64,000 bases of DNA. Origin: an uncultured cyanobacterium. Its GTDB lineage: Bacteria > Cyanobacteriota > Cyanobacteriia > Cyanobacteriales > CAWCAG01. The notes under the pieces were generated by a model, which made no database searches, was not told where the DNA came from, and saw only the letters and a list, made by a program, of their open reading frames with translations. Shown here in pieces: positions 19,456 through 29,127 of this stretch. Positions within the stretch are counted from its first letter, which is position 1; each line of letters begins with the position of its first letter. Both the position numbers and the translations under genes were made by a program. The stretch is taken from assembly GCA_963803805.1 (NCBI GenBank), contig CAWDOD010000004.1, positions 224,001 to 288,000 on the forward strand, in the 5' to 3' direction.

Positions 19456-20136
19456 GTGCAAATACCCAGGTTTCCTGAATCTAATCATCCCCTAGTTAAA
19501 TCCCTATTCCACCATAGCGACGGGCAGTTGTTGACTTTGTTTCAAAACCATTCAGAACAAGGGAAATATTTTACAGCTATTTTCTGTCGCTACAGCCCCA
19601 TCGTCTACACCCTAATTTCCCATTCAGCACGATCTCCAGTGCAAGCAGATTATCTTTTTGCCTTAACCTGGCGGCATATTTCTCACGAGATGAGGGGTTT
19701 GGAATTACGAGGCGATGGTAAAGATGGAGTCAATTCGTTCCAAAATTGGTTGATTAATATGACAGCAGTTTGTATAAACCAAGCAACTCTGCCCCCCGTT
19801 GAATCAATTAATTATGATCTCAAAACAACACCGCCTCCATTATGGTGTTATTTGGAACAATCTTTAGATTTGCTGCCTCCCATCATCCGCTTAACCGTAT
19901 TGATGGCTCAAACTTTCCACTGGAGCGAAACTCGCATTGCTGCTTATCTCCAAGCAGAAGGGGAAATGATTTCCCCAGCAGAGGTACAAGATTATCTGAT
20001 TGAAGGCTATCAATTGCTAGAAGAAGGTTTGCCAGAAGATATCCAGGTTATTTATTTAGCACAACTAGAACAGAAACAGGAGCAAAATAGCAGCCAAGAT
20101 GAGCAGGAAGCTTTAGCTGTTCTGTTAGATTTGTAA
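19456..20136 (+). CDS. Conserved cyanobacterial sigma-70/ECF-like protein
   Basis: Region-2-like FCRYSPIVY...FQNWL and region-4-like LDLLPPIIRL...WSETRIA. Confidence 0.6.
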   Translation: MQIPRFPESNHPLVKSLFHHSDGQLLTLFQNHSEQGKYFTAIFCRYSPIVYTLISHSARSPVQADYLFALTWRHISHEMRGLELRGDGKDGVNSFQNWLINMTAVCINQATLPPVESINYDLKTTPPPLWCYLEQSLDLLPPIIRLTVLMAQTFHWSETRIAAYLQAEGEMISPAEVQDYLIEGYQLLEEGLPEDIQVIYLAQLEQKQEQNSSQDEQEALAVLLDL

Positions 20137-20147
20137 CCGTAGCATCT

Positions 20148-21278
20148 ATGGGGAGCATTGAGAGAATGTTAGCAATTAAAAAAAATTTTGGTACTCATCA
20201 GCAAAGGAAAAAAACTAGTTCCTCAACCTTAGCTTTGGTGGGTACAACAGCAATAGCAATTCAAAGTGTCTTTTTATCTACAATTAACCCTCAAGTAGCT
20301 ACTGCACAAGATAATCTACAGGAACAACTAGATGTTTCCCCTTACAATGATACCCAAGGAATACTAAGAGATGAGGCTGATACCTTAGTTCGTGTCGGGG
20401 GAGAAGCTTACCGAAAAGGCAATCTCAACAAAGCTTTAGATTATTGGAATCAGTCCTTAAACCTCTACAGTCAAATTGGTGATGAAGAGGCTATGGGTTC
20501 AACCTATGGTTATTTAGGAGTCACCTACGGGCTGCTAGGGCGCTATAACGAAGCAGAAGATGCTTTTCGTCGCCGTCTTGGTTTAGCCCGCGATCGCGCT
20601 AATTTTCAAGGACAAATGTATGCCCTCAACAATCTAGGGATAGTATTGCTCTATCGAGGTAACCTCAGCGCCGCAGAGAAAGTTTTTCAAGAAGCTCAAA
20701 CCATCTCCAAAAGCATTAATAGTCAAGAGGGAGAAGCGATAAGTTTACGTAATCTAGGCTTACTAGCAGCGACTAGAGGAGAAGAAAATGAAGCTATTAA
20801 ACTCTATGAAGCAGCTTTAAGCTTGCAAAGCTTTGGTGAAGATCCCTTAGCAGAAGCAACTGCTTTCAATAACGCTGCCGATGCCTATTTTAATGCTAGG
20901 GAATACCAAGAAGCTTTAAGCCTTTATCGCATCGCCCAAGTTTTGGCTAAAGATAGTCGGGATGACAAAAACTATCTTCGCTCTGCTGCTGGAAGAGCAA
21001 AGACTTATGTTGGTTTAGGATACAACAAAGAAGCTTTCCGGTTGCTAGGAGATTGGATCACTGAAGCCCGGCAACAAGGGGATTTACGACAAGAAATAGA
21101 AGCGGTGAGCTTATCTGCAAAGCTATATTTAGCTTCGGGCAATTCCCAAGAAGCAACCAAGTTTTATAATCAAGCAGTTGCCTTAGCTGAAACCATAGGA
21201 GATGAAGAGCAAAAGACTGTGCTAATTAATAATTTGTCACAAGTGATTTATGGGTTTCCTTACAGAAGAAACCGCTAG
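20148..21278 (+). CDS. Tetratricopeptide repeat protein, probably exported
   Basis: Signal-like N-terminus (VATA-Q), repeated NNLG/YLG...A TPR units. Confidence 0.8.
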   Translation: MGSIERMLAIKKNFGTHQQRKKTSSSTLALVGTTAIAIQSVFLSTINPQVATAQDNLQEQLDVSPYNDTQGILRDEADTLVRVGGEAYRKGNLNKALDYWNQSLNLYSQIGDEEAMGSTYGYLGVTYGLLGRYNEAEDAFRRRLGLARDRANFQGQMYALNNLGIVLLYRGNLSAAEKVFQEAQTISKSINSQEGEAISLRNLGLLAATRGEENEAIKLYEAALSLQSFGEDPLAEATAFNNAADAYFNAREYQEALSLYRIAQVLAKDSRDDKNYLRSAAGRAKTYVGLGYNKEAFRLLGDWITEARQQGDLRQEIEAVSLSAKLYLASGNSQEATKFYNQAVALAETIGDEEQKTVLINNLSQVIYGFPYRRNR

Positions 21279-21385
21279 GGAGCAATAATTTTAGTCCAAT
21301 AGGGAAATTGTCATAACTATTATCTTTTATTACCTGAGCCTAAGTAGTCTTGAAATCAAGATGTATTCTTCAATATTTTAGGGTC

Positions 21386-21667
21386 ATGAGCAAACCAGTA
21401 AAAAATCAAGATCATAGTTCAGCTTGGGTTTTTCAAACCTGGCTATCTTTCATCTTTTCTCTTTCAGCTACTACCATAGGAATAATTTATTTGCCTGTAG
21501 ATACCTGGACAAAAGGCTTTATGGGCATGGGACTAGCTTTTTCTGTCGGTTCTACAATTAGTTTAACTAAAACTCAAAGAGATATTCACGAAGGACAAAG
21601 ACTAAGTTCCAAAGTAGAGGAAGCCAGGGTAGAAAGAATTTTAAGTGAACATAATTTGATTAAATAG
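21386..21667 (+). CDS. YiaA/YiaB family inner membrane protein (likely ATG at 21386)
   Basis: HSSAWVFQTW, two TM helices, KGFMGMG, SLTKTQRD. Confidence 0.8.
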   Translation: MSKPVKNQDHSSAWVFQTWLSFIFSLSATTIGIIYLPVDTWTKGFMGMGLAFSVGSTISLTKTQRDIHEGQRLSSKVEEARVERILSEHNLIK

Positions 21668-21776
21668 TTAAGCAAGCTGTAAGGTATTAATCTTGTTTAA
21701 TGAGGAAAGTAATAAGCAAAAATATAATTTCCTATTGGTTATTCTATATTTCCTTTCATCATTAGCACTTAGCAAG

Positions 21777-22208
21777 TTAAAGATTTTTGTCTTTATCTTT
21801 TTGCTTTCTTTTAGCAACCAAAATAGAAGGAGCAGGAGGAAAACCTAAAGGTAAAACTATTTGATATTTCCTCTCCTCTTCTAACTGCTTTAGTTGGTCA
21901 TAATCAAGCCAGTGAATACAATTAACTGGACAAGTATCAATGGCTTCTTCAACTAAAACCTCTGAATCACCATTTTGATTAATTACCCGCGCTCGCCCAT
22001 AACTATCTTCTATATAAAAAGTGTTAGAGGCAGTATGGGCGCAATGCTTGCAACCAATACAAGTAGTCTCATCCACATAAACGCCTTTTTGCCGTAATTC
22101 TCCTCCCAACTCTGGCTCTAAACCGGAACGTTCTAAGTCTTCCCGTAATAGACTTCCTAATTCAGGTTCTAAACCAGAACGATTTGGCATTTGAGGAAAA
22201 TCTGACAT
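21777..22208 (-). CDS. Ferredoxin (Fer4_13-type), conserved cyanobacterial
   Basis: CIGCKHC...CPVNCIHW; N-terminal RSGLEPELG x2. Confidence 0.88.
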   Translation of the reverse strand: MSDFPQMPNRSGLEPELGSLLREDLERSGLEPELGGELRQKGVYVDETTCIGCKHCAHTASNTFYIEDSYGRARVINQNGDSEVLVEEAIDTCPVNCIHWLDYDQLKQLEEERKYQIVLPLGFPPAPSILVAKRKQKDKDKNL

Positions 22209-22594
22209 TACGCACTCCAGCGTTGAACGACTAAGCGAATTGAACCGTCTTCATTTTTTTGTTGTTGGGCAACTTGGAATCCTTGGTTAGAGGTTTCTTT
22301 AACCACAGTGTGGTAAGCGTAGCTTTGGGTAATACGCTTAAGAAAACCTTCTACTGATAAATCTTGTTGCCAATACTGTAAGTCCGCAACCATTTCATAC
22401 TCTTGGCCATTCCAGCTAAAACCAATATCGTAGTCGTTATTCTGCTCAACTACAACTTCTGCATTGCGGGTTTGGCCTTGATATCCTCTCACAGAACGAG
22501 GGCCAGATTCCCAATCAACACCTAATTCAGTTAAAGCAGCTTTTAAAGAATCAAGATTGCGAATTTGGGTTTTGATATTACTAAAATGTGACAT
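22208..22594 (-). CDS. DUF1257 (Ycf35-like) protein
   Basis: MSHFSNIKT, DIGFSWNG, YAY, GSIRLVVQRW. Confidence 0.88.
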   Translation of the reverse strand: MSHFSNIKTQIRNLDSLKAALTELGVDWESGPRSVRGYQGQTRNAEVVVEQNNDYDIGFSWNGQEYEMVADLQYWQQDLSVEGFLKRITQSYAYHTVVKETSNQGFQVAQQQKNEDGSIRLVVQRWSA

Positions 22595-22639
22595 AAGTTT
22601 TGGGCTAAATTAAGGTTTTAAAAGTGAGTTGTTAAAAAT

Positions 22640-22852
22640 TCACCAGTCGCTGAAACTTTTTTGGTAATTGTTTTGTGAGGCTGATATGGTTTGTTTTGAG
22701 GCGAAATACTCCGATGTCTTTTCTACAGACATCACTTGACCTAATTGCGCTTCAATGGCTTTGGTAACTTCGCTACAAGAACAACCAACAATACCAGTTA
22801 CTTTCTCTTGTACCCGACCATCGGGATAAATAATGAACTCTAGGGTTTCCAT
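22640..22852 (-). CDS. DUF2997 protein (likely ATG at 22852)
   Basis: METLEFIIYPDGRVQEKVTGIVG..C.EVT.AIE..LG; usual neighbour of DUF1257. Confidence 0.85.
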   Translation of the reverse strand: METLEFIIYPDGRVQEKVTGIVGCSCSEVTKAIEAQLGQVMSVEKTSEYFASKQTISASQNNYQKSFSDW

Positions 22853-23146
22853 ACTTATGGCTAAATGGGTTAGCAAGCCTCTTTTTACAAGGCAGGGATA
22901 TTGCTTCTCACAGAAAACCAATATCTATATTTTTGAGAATCCAAGAAGTGAAAATCTTTGTAACTCTCAGGAAAGTTTAGCAAAAATTAATAATTACAGA
23001 GTATTTTACTCCTTTTTTGGCTAAGTTTCACCTAATTTTTCTAATCAGTCAAGGTAAATTAACTGCAAAACTCTTTTGTTTTAACAAATCGATACAAAAA
23101 AATATTTGCTCATTGATATCAATTACAAAGAAATTTATTCACCCCG

Positions 23147-23481
23147 ATGCTAAGAGAATATATTTTTGCCCAAAAAATCAGCAATCTGACTGGAAGTGGA
23201 ACTGTCGATCTAGGCTATTGGTTTATTCAAAAACTTCTACCTGGCGGCAAAATAGGAGAAGAGACAGACAAAAACCAATGGGATGAGGGGTATGAAGTTT
23301 GTGTCCCCTTCCAGATAGATGAGAGTCAGGTTTAGACCATATAATCTCAGAATCACTAAGTTCAGAGGTAAGAGTTAGTGCTATACCTATTCCGGATGAG
23401 GATTTAGAAAATTTGACCAGCGATGCTCACTTAGCATTGTTTGCTCATGTTGAGTTTCTCAGACGAGAAGATGATAATTAA
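23147..23481 (+). pseudogene. Possible frameshifted hypothetical gene (~110 aa if repaired)
   Basis: ORF 23147-23335 continues in another frame (SGLDHIISESLSS...FLRREDDN*) across a gagag slip near 23322. Confidence 0.35.
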
Positions 23482-23482
23482 C

Positions 23483-23558
23483 CTATGGAGACAACCTCCT
23501 ATTTACTTAGGGCGTGGTCGCCCCAAAAAGGCATGGTGATAAATTCAAGCTCAATGAT
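23483..23558 (+). mobile_element. Tiny frameshifted remnant of a cyanobacterial DDE transposase (IS701-like)
   Basis: Reads LWRQPPIYLGRGRPKK(+1)HGDKFKLND, matching the recalled PPxYxGRGRPxKHGxKFKLND motif. Confidence 0.6.
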
Positions 23559-23683
23559 ATAAAATCCGTTTGAACAGCCATGGTTAAAGTGTGAGGAGTT
23601 TTATATGATTCGAGTACTTGGGGTGATGCTAGAGAAGGTGTTAGGAAGTGCCAACGTCTGTAAGAATTGAGAAATAATAGCTA

Positions 23684-24430
23684 ATGATATTATCTGGTCA
23701 TACAGTATTAATTACTGGTGGTAATTCGGGAATCGGACTAGCGCTCACTCGACAATTTTATCAAAAAAATAATCGAGTAATTATTTGCGGTAGAAATCTA
23801 GAAAGACTGAATCTGGCTAAAGAAGAAATGAGTCAAATTGAAGTTATACAATGCGACTTAGCTCAAGAAAAAGATATTAATAATTTAGTAACCACAATCG
23901 AACAAAACTTTTCCAATCTATCCATTTTAATTAATAATGCGGGAGTTCAACTCAACTATCAATTTATTCATGCAGATCGAAAACAAATTCTGCGCGATTT
24001 AGACTGGGAAACTCAAATTAACTTTAATGCCCCAGTTAAGCTTATAACTCTCTGTTTACCTATGTTACGTCAACATTCCGAAAGTGCAATACTCAACATT
24101 TCTTCGGGTCTAGCTTTAACTCCCAAAACTAGCGCACCTATTTATTGTGGGACAAAAGCAGCTTTACACATATTTAGCAAATCTCTTCGCTATCAAATGG
24201 AAGAAGATTCTCCTAATATAAAGGTCTTTGAGGCTATTTTACCTCTAGTTGATACAGCAATGACCAAAGGGAGGGGAAAAGGGAAAATCAGACCAAAACA
24301 AGTAGTAGATGAAATAATGCAAGCAATGACAAAAAATAATTACGAAATTAAAATAGGAAAAGTGAAATTATTAGTGTGGCTAAATCGTTTAATTCCCTCG
24401 TTGGCGGAAAGTATTCTCCGTAAAAGTTAA
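23684..24430 (+). CDS. Short-chain dehydrogenase/reductase (DltE-like)
   Basis: TGGNSGIG, LINNAG, SSGLA, YCGTK, PLVDTAMT. Confidence 0.9.
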   Translation: MILSGHTVLITGGNSGIGLALTRQFYQKNNRVIICGRNLERLNLAKEEMSQIEVIQCDLAQEKDINNLVTTIEQNFSNLSILINNAGVQLNYQFIHADRKQILRDLDWETQINFNAPVKLITLCLPMLRQHSESAILNISSGLALTPKTSAPIYCGTKAALHIFSKSLRYQMEEDSPNIKVFEAILPLVDTAMTKGRGKGKIRPKQVVDEIMQAMTKNNYEIKIGKVKLLVWLNRLIPSLAESILRKS

Positions 24431-24557
24431 ACACTAAGTTATCCTTAAAATTTTTATTGTCACTTTCTGCTCGTGTTTTTTATATTATTAAAAAGTAATC
24501 AAAAAGCGGTTCTACCGAACTTAGGATGTAAAATTAGCAGTTGAAATGCCAAGTCCA

Positions 24558-24611
24558 CAGGACTTACGCAAAAGACATCTCCAGGAAAGAGGGAGCAGGG
24601 AGCAGGGAGCG
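24558..24611. repeat. MITE-end-like CAGGACTTACGCA followed by heptamer (GGGAGCA) x3
   Basis: caggacttacgca at 24558; gggagca gggagca gggagcg at 24591-24611; no partner end nearby. Confidence 0.5.
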
Positions 24612-24763
24612 GTGGAGAATAATTTTGGTAGAAATAGTTACTTGGAACGGAGTTAGGTTAATTTATTGGGGCAATTGCTAAAAAATTTGATCTGATCTAG
24701 AGAAAACGGAGCCAGCCACTAGATAATAAGAATCTATCTAGATCGAGTCGGGAGTAAAGAATA

Positions 24764-25766
24764 ATGAGTGCAGATACAGTTACTGATAAAATCAAAGTTG
24801 GCGTTCTCGGATTTGGTGGCTTAGGCCAGGCTGGGGCTAGAATATTAGCTTCCAAACAAGAACTTACTTGGGTGGCAGCCGCAGATCTCAAAAGCTACGC
24901 TTATAACCCTCAAGGTTTAGATTCAGATACTTGTATTAATGTTTGTCAATCTCAAGGCTCTCTTGGCTATTTGGAACCTTATGGAACTTTTAGTAATGAT
25001 AGTATTGCAGACTTACTCTCTAATTCTTCTGTAGAGGGATACTTCCTGGCTTTACCAAATTTGCCTAACACTTTTATGGCATCTGTTGCCAAACAGTTTA
25101 TTAATTCTGGCTGGCAAGGAGTATTAGTTGATGCCCTCAAACGCACTAGTGCCATGGAGCAAATTTTAACCTTAAAAGAAGAATTAGCCCAAGCCGGCAT
25201 AACTTACTTAACTGGTTGTGGTGCTACTCCAGGGTTGCTAACAGCAGCAGCAACTATTGCTGCTCAAAGCTACGTAGAAATTCACCAAGTAAAAATAACC
25301 TTTGGGGTAGGAATTGCTAACTGGGAAGCCTACAGAGCCACAATTAGAGAAGATATAGCCCATTTACCAGGCTATGATGTAGAACAAGCCAAGGCTATGA
25401 GTGATTCTGAAGTGGAGGCTTTGTTAGATAAAACTGAGGGTATTCTTAGCTTAGAGAACATGGAACACGCTGATGATGTGATGTTAGAATTGGTTGGTAT
25501 TTGCCCTCGCGATCGCGTCTTCGTTGGTGGTATTGTTGATACTCGTAATGCTCAAAAGCCCTTAAGTACCAATGTGCAAATCACAGGTCGTACTTTTGAA
25601 GGCAAAACTTCTACCCATACCTTTACCCTTGGGGACGAAACTAGTATGGCAGCCAATGTCTGTGTGTCCAGCTTTTGGTTATCTTAAAGCAGGAATTTCT
25701 TTACACAGACGCGGTATCCACGGTTTATTTACCGCAGCCGAGATCATGCCTCAGTTTGTTAAGTGA
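24764..25766 (+). pseudogene. bioU: BioU ((S)-8-amino-7-oxononanoate synthase) with a +1 frameshift near 25665 (real lesion or sequencing error)
   Basis: GFGGLG Rossmann motif, [31 protein letters not shown]; the conserved C-terminus PAFGYLKAG...MPQFVK is in another frame ending at 25766. Confidence 0.82.
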
Positions 25767-25903
25767 TACTAGACTCTGTTTACTAGCACAGGTTATTTGT
25801 GAGGGGAGCAAGGATTGGAGCAATTTATTCCTAGATCTTATGGCGCGGGACTATCATAACCGGATTTGTATGAGGAAGGGGGGATGAATATTTAACCTAA
25901 CAA

Positions 25904-25924
25904 TTAGCTATTAGCCATTAGCAA
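25904..25924. repeat. Heptamer tandem (TTAGCNA) x3
   Basis: ttagcta ttagcca ttagcaa; same family at 40865-40885, 54903-54937 and (reverse) 59597-59624. Confidence 0.75.
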
Positions 25925-25928
25925 ATTA

Positions 25929-26519
25929 CTAACCCTCTAACATCTCTTCTGTCGGAAAAATCTCCTCCATTTCCTCTTCTGCTAACAAATCAGGAGTCTG
26001 AATAACAAAGGGCAGACAAGCTCCTGCCAAGCCTTTTTTGATTCTAGTTGGAGTCTCACCAAAAACAATAAAGAGAGGATAAACGCGATCTGCTCCCTCA
26101 CTAAGAATGTGTTGGTGGCGTAGAGGCATCAACCATTCATAATCTTTATCTAACCAAACTTGAGTCTGTCGCCAACGACCTAATAACTGGGAAAAATCTT
26201 CTTGGGGGCGATGAATAAATAGTAGTATTTCTACCCCCATTTTGATTTTCCATTCTGGATCGCACATGACAATTGCCAGATCGCAAGGCAAACCCAAGGT
26301 TTGTTCAGGAAGGGTGATATGATTCCCAAAACCTTGAGAGGCATCAAATTTACGAATCCTCACAACTGGTAAAGGGATCGTAATCACGCTTTCATCGGGG
26401 CGGCGCATACTAGGAATCATCTCTAAATAGGGACGATGATTTTTTAAAAGAGCGATCGCCGCTTCATGATTGCTGTATTCAGCTAGTAGGGCTTCATAAT
26501 GTACTTGCTTAACAGGCAT
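25929..26519 (-). CDS. Conserved cyanobacterial hypothetical protein downstream of pilC
   Basis: 196-aa ORF 7 bp after pilC; PSMRRP, CDPEWKIK, RWRQTQ motifs. Confidence 0.75.
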   Translation of the reverse strand: MPVKQVHYEALLAEYSNHEAAIALLKNHRPYLEMIPSMRRPDESVITIPLPVVRIRKFDASQGFGNHITLPEQTLGLPCDLAIVMCDPEWKIKMGVEILLFIHRPQEDFSQLLGRWRQTQVWLDKDYEWLMPLRHQHILSEGADRVYPLFIVFGETPTRIKKGLAGACLPFVIQTPDLLAEEEMEEIFPTEEMLEG

Positions 26520-26526
26520 AATTTAA

Positions 26527-27741
26527 TTAACCTAAGTCTTCAAATACCTTAAACATTGGTAAATACATAGAGAGCAAAATTGTTCCTACCATACCTCCCA
26601 AAACTACCATCATGATTGGTTCAAGAATACTAGTAAGAGCTTTAACAGCTTGTTCTACTTCATCTTCATAAAAATCAGCTACTTTCATGAGCATGGCATC
26701 TAATTCCCCTGTTTCTTCCCCAATACTAATCATTTGAATCGCCATTAAAGGGAAGACATTATCTTTTTGTAGAGCGAGGCTAATCATGCCCCCTTGTTGA
26801 ATCTCTGCCCTGGCTGCATCAATGCTATTAGCAATTACTTGGTTGCCAGCAATATCTCGAACAATTTCTAAACTACTAAGGATAGGTACACCAGAACGAG
26901 TTAAAGTACCAAATACGCGGGTAAAACGGGCTACTGCTGATTTTTCTACTAAGTCACCAAAAATAGGTACTTTTAATTTCAGTTTGTCAATTTGTAAGCG
27001 ACCTACTGGAGTTTTGTAGTACTGACGCAAAACAAAAACAAAAACAAAAATGGCAATAAAAGGAATAACTATCTTCCAACTTCTTAAGAACTTACTAATC
27101 ATCAACATAACCTTAGTAAGGAGAGGTAATTCTGTACCAATTTCCTCAAAAATTCCGGCAAACACAGGAATCAAAAACATGGTCATTGCTAGGAAAATGA
27201 TGATTGCCAAAGCTCCTACCACCACAGGATAGGCCATGGCAGATTTAATTTGGTTTTGTAACCGAGCAATGTCTTCTAATACCTTAGAAAGGCGGTTGAG
27301 AACTTCATCTAAAACACCCCCTGTCTCTCCTGCTTGCACCATACTTACATAAAGATGGTCGAAACATTCAGGATGTTTAGCCATGGCAGAGGAAAGATCG
27401 TTCCCCTGCTCAACATCTTTACTGATTGCCAACAAAGATTTTTTAAGCTTGGAATTAGAACATTGATCTGCTAACACTCCCAGACATCTAACCATAGCCA
27501 CACCAGCGTTAACCATGGCGGCAAATTGGCGAGAAAAGATGGCTTTATCTTTAATAGAAACAGAAGTAATTAGCTGTTCTATAGAAGATAAATCTAGATT
27601 GATACCCGCTTTTTTAACTTTAAGAACTAAAGGATATCTATTTTGGAGAATACTACGGGCCTGTTCTTCGGAAACAGCATCTACTTTTTCTTTAGTAGCA
27701 TTTCCCGCCGCGTCTTGAACATCAACAATAAAGGTAGGCAT
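26527..27741 (-). CDS. pilC: Type IV pilus platform protein
   Basis: FSRQFAAMVNAGV, AGETGG, AMAYP, IGEETGEL, LEP, MYLPMF. Confidence 0.95.
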   Translation of the reverse strand: MPTFIVDVQDAAGNATKEKVDAVSEEQARSILQNRYPLVLKVKKAGINLDLSSIEQLITSVSIKDKAIFSRQFAAMVNAGVAMVRCLGVLADQCSNSKLKKSLLAISKDVEQGNDLSSAMAKHPECFDHLYVSMVQAGETGGVLDEVLNRLSKVLEDIARLQNQIKSAMAYPVVVGALAIIIFLAMTMFLIPVFAGIFEEIGTELPLLTKVMLMISKFLRSWKIVIPFIAIFVFVFVLRQYYKTPVGRLQIDKLKLKVPIFGDLVEKSAVARFTRVFGTLTRSGVPILSSLEIVRDIAGNQVIANSIDAARAEIQQGGMISLALQKDNVFPLMAIQMISIGEETGELDAMLMKVADFYEDEVEQAVKALTSILEPIMMVVLGGMVGTILLSMYLPMFKVFEDLG

Positions 27742-27888
27742 GGTTCAAAAGAAAGAGGAAATTAATTATTTTCCAGACTTAATGTCATGACTGGATAAAA
27801 TTTATACTTGAGTCTTAGTTTTAATAAAATGTAAGAGAGAAAAGGGCTGAATAAAAAACAAATACCATTTTCCCTCTTGAAAAACTCT

Positions 27889-29034
27889 TTAACGTCTTGC
27901 CGCCCTAGCACCAGCCGCTGCTGGACGAGCTTTTGCCCCTGCGGCTGCTGCACCAGCCCCACCAACCAGGCGCTGTAATTCGTCAGGTTTACCACTTTTG
28001 GATACTGCTTCTTCAAAAGAAACTGTGCCATGCCGAACTAAGTTAGCTAAACACTGTTCCATAGTCTGCATTCCGATTTTGGAACCAGTTTGAATAGAGC
28101 CATAGATTTGAGAAGTTTTGCCTTCCCGAATTTGGTTAGCAATACCTGGGGTAACGATCATAATCTCTTGGGCCATAATCCGACCAAACTCCCCTGGTTT
28201 AGGACTTTTCTTTTTCGCTAAGCATTGACTGAAAACAGCAACCAAAGATTGGGAAAGTTGGGCCCGTATCTGTCCTTGTTGTTCTGGAGGGAAAACATCG
28301 AGCATACGGTCAACGGTACCAGCAGCAGAGTTGGTGTGTAGAGTACCAAAGACTAAGTGACCTGTTTCCGCAGCAGAGATGGCTAGGCTGATGGTTTCCA
28401 AGTCGCGCATTTCTCCAACTAAGATCACGTCAGGATCTTGTCGCAAAGCACCTTTAAGCGCGTTAGCAAAGCTTTTAGTGTCTTCACCTTTTTGGCGCTG
28501 GTGGAATAAACTCTTGACGTTAGGGAAGACGTATTCAATAGGATCTTCTACTGTGAGTACGTGTTCTGCTCTGGTACGGTTGATCAAGTCCAACATCGCT
28601 GCCATGGTGGTGGTTTTACCAGAACCTGTTTGTCCTGTAACTAAAACCATACCTCTCGGTCTTTCTGACATTTCCCTAACCACATCAGGCAAACCTAATT
28701 GGTTAAAGTCAGGGATCTTAGAAGATAAAGCCCTTAAGCAAGCAGCATAGCAACCTCGCTCTTTATAGACGTTAACGCGGAAGCGGGCTAAACCCTTAAC
28801 TCCATAGGAACAATCTAACTCCCAGTTTTGCTCCAAATCTTTACGCTGCATATTATTGAGCATACTAAAGATTAGTCTTTGACAATCTTGGGGAGAAAGC
28901 ACTTCTTCGTTAATGGGAGCAAGCTTACCACTAGCACGGAAATAAATAGGCGCACCAGCTTGAATATGCATATCAGAGCCGCCCATTTCTACTAGCTGCT
29001 CCATCAAATCTTCAATCATCATATCCATCGCCAT
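27889..29034 (-). CDS. pilT: Type IV pilus retraction ATPase
   Basis: GSDMH, GQTGSGKTT, EDPIE, LRQDPD, AETGHLVFGTLHT, ANQIRE, GMQT. Confidence 0.95.
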   Translation of the reverse strand: MAMDMMIEDLMEQLVEMGGSDMHIQAGAPIYFRASGKLAPINEEVLSPQDCQRLIFSMLNNMQRKDLEQNWELDCSYGVKGLARFRVNVYKERGCYAACLRALSSKIPDFNQLGLPDVVREMSERPRGMVLVTGQTGSGKTTTMAAMLDLINRTRAEHVLTVEDPIEYVFPNVKSLFHQRQKGEDTKSFANALKGALRQDPDVILVGEMRDLETISLAISAAETGHLVFGTLHTNSAAGTVDRMLDVFPPEQQGQIRAQLSQSLVAVFSQCLAKKKSPKPGEFGRIMAQEIMIVTPGIANQIREGKTSQIYGSIQTGSKIGMQTMEQCLANLVRHGTVSFEEAVSKSGKPDELQRLVGGAGAAAAGAKARPAAAGARAARR

Positions 29035-29127
29035 TGATTTCTCTCCTTTAGTTATTGTTTTGATGAGCAGAAAATCTTTTGCTACTAGCCTTCCCGGTTT
29101 CCTGCTTTTTTATGACTGCATTCTTAA

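Noticed and set aside
22105..22182. Duplicated RSGLEPELG peptide in the ferredoxin
   Set aside because: I recall it as a normal feature of this conserved cyanobacterial family, so not novel
23566..23577. 12-mer CCGTTTGAACAG shared with 62945-62956
   Set aside because: Exact 12-bp matches are expected by chance within 64 kb
25675..25887. 70-aa ORF after bioU
   Set aside because: Overlaps the displaced bioU C-terminus in a third frame and has no protein-like features
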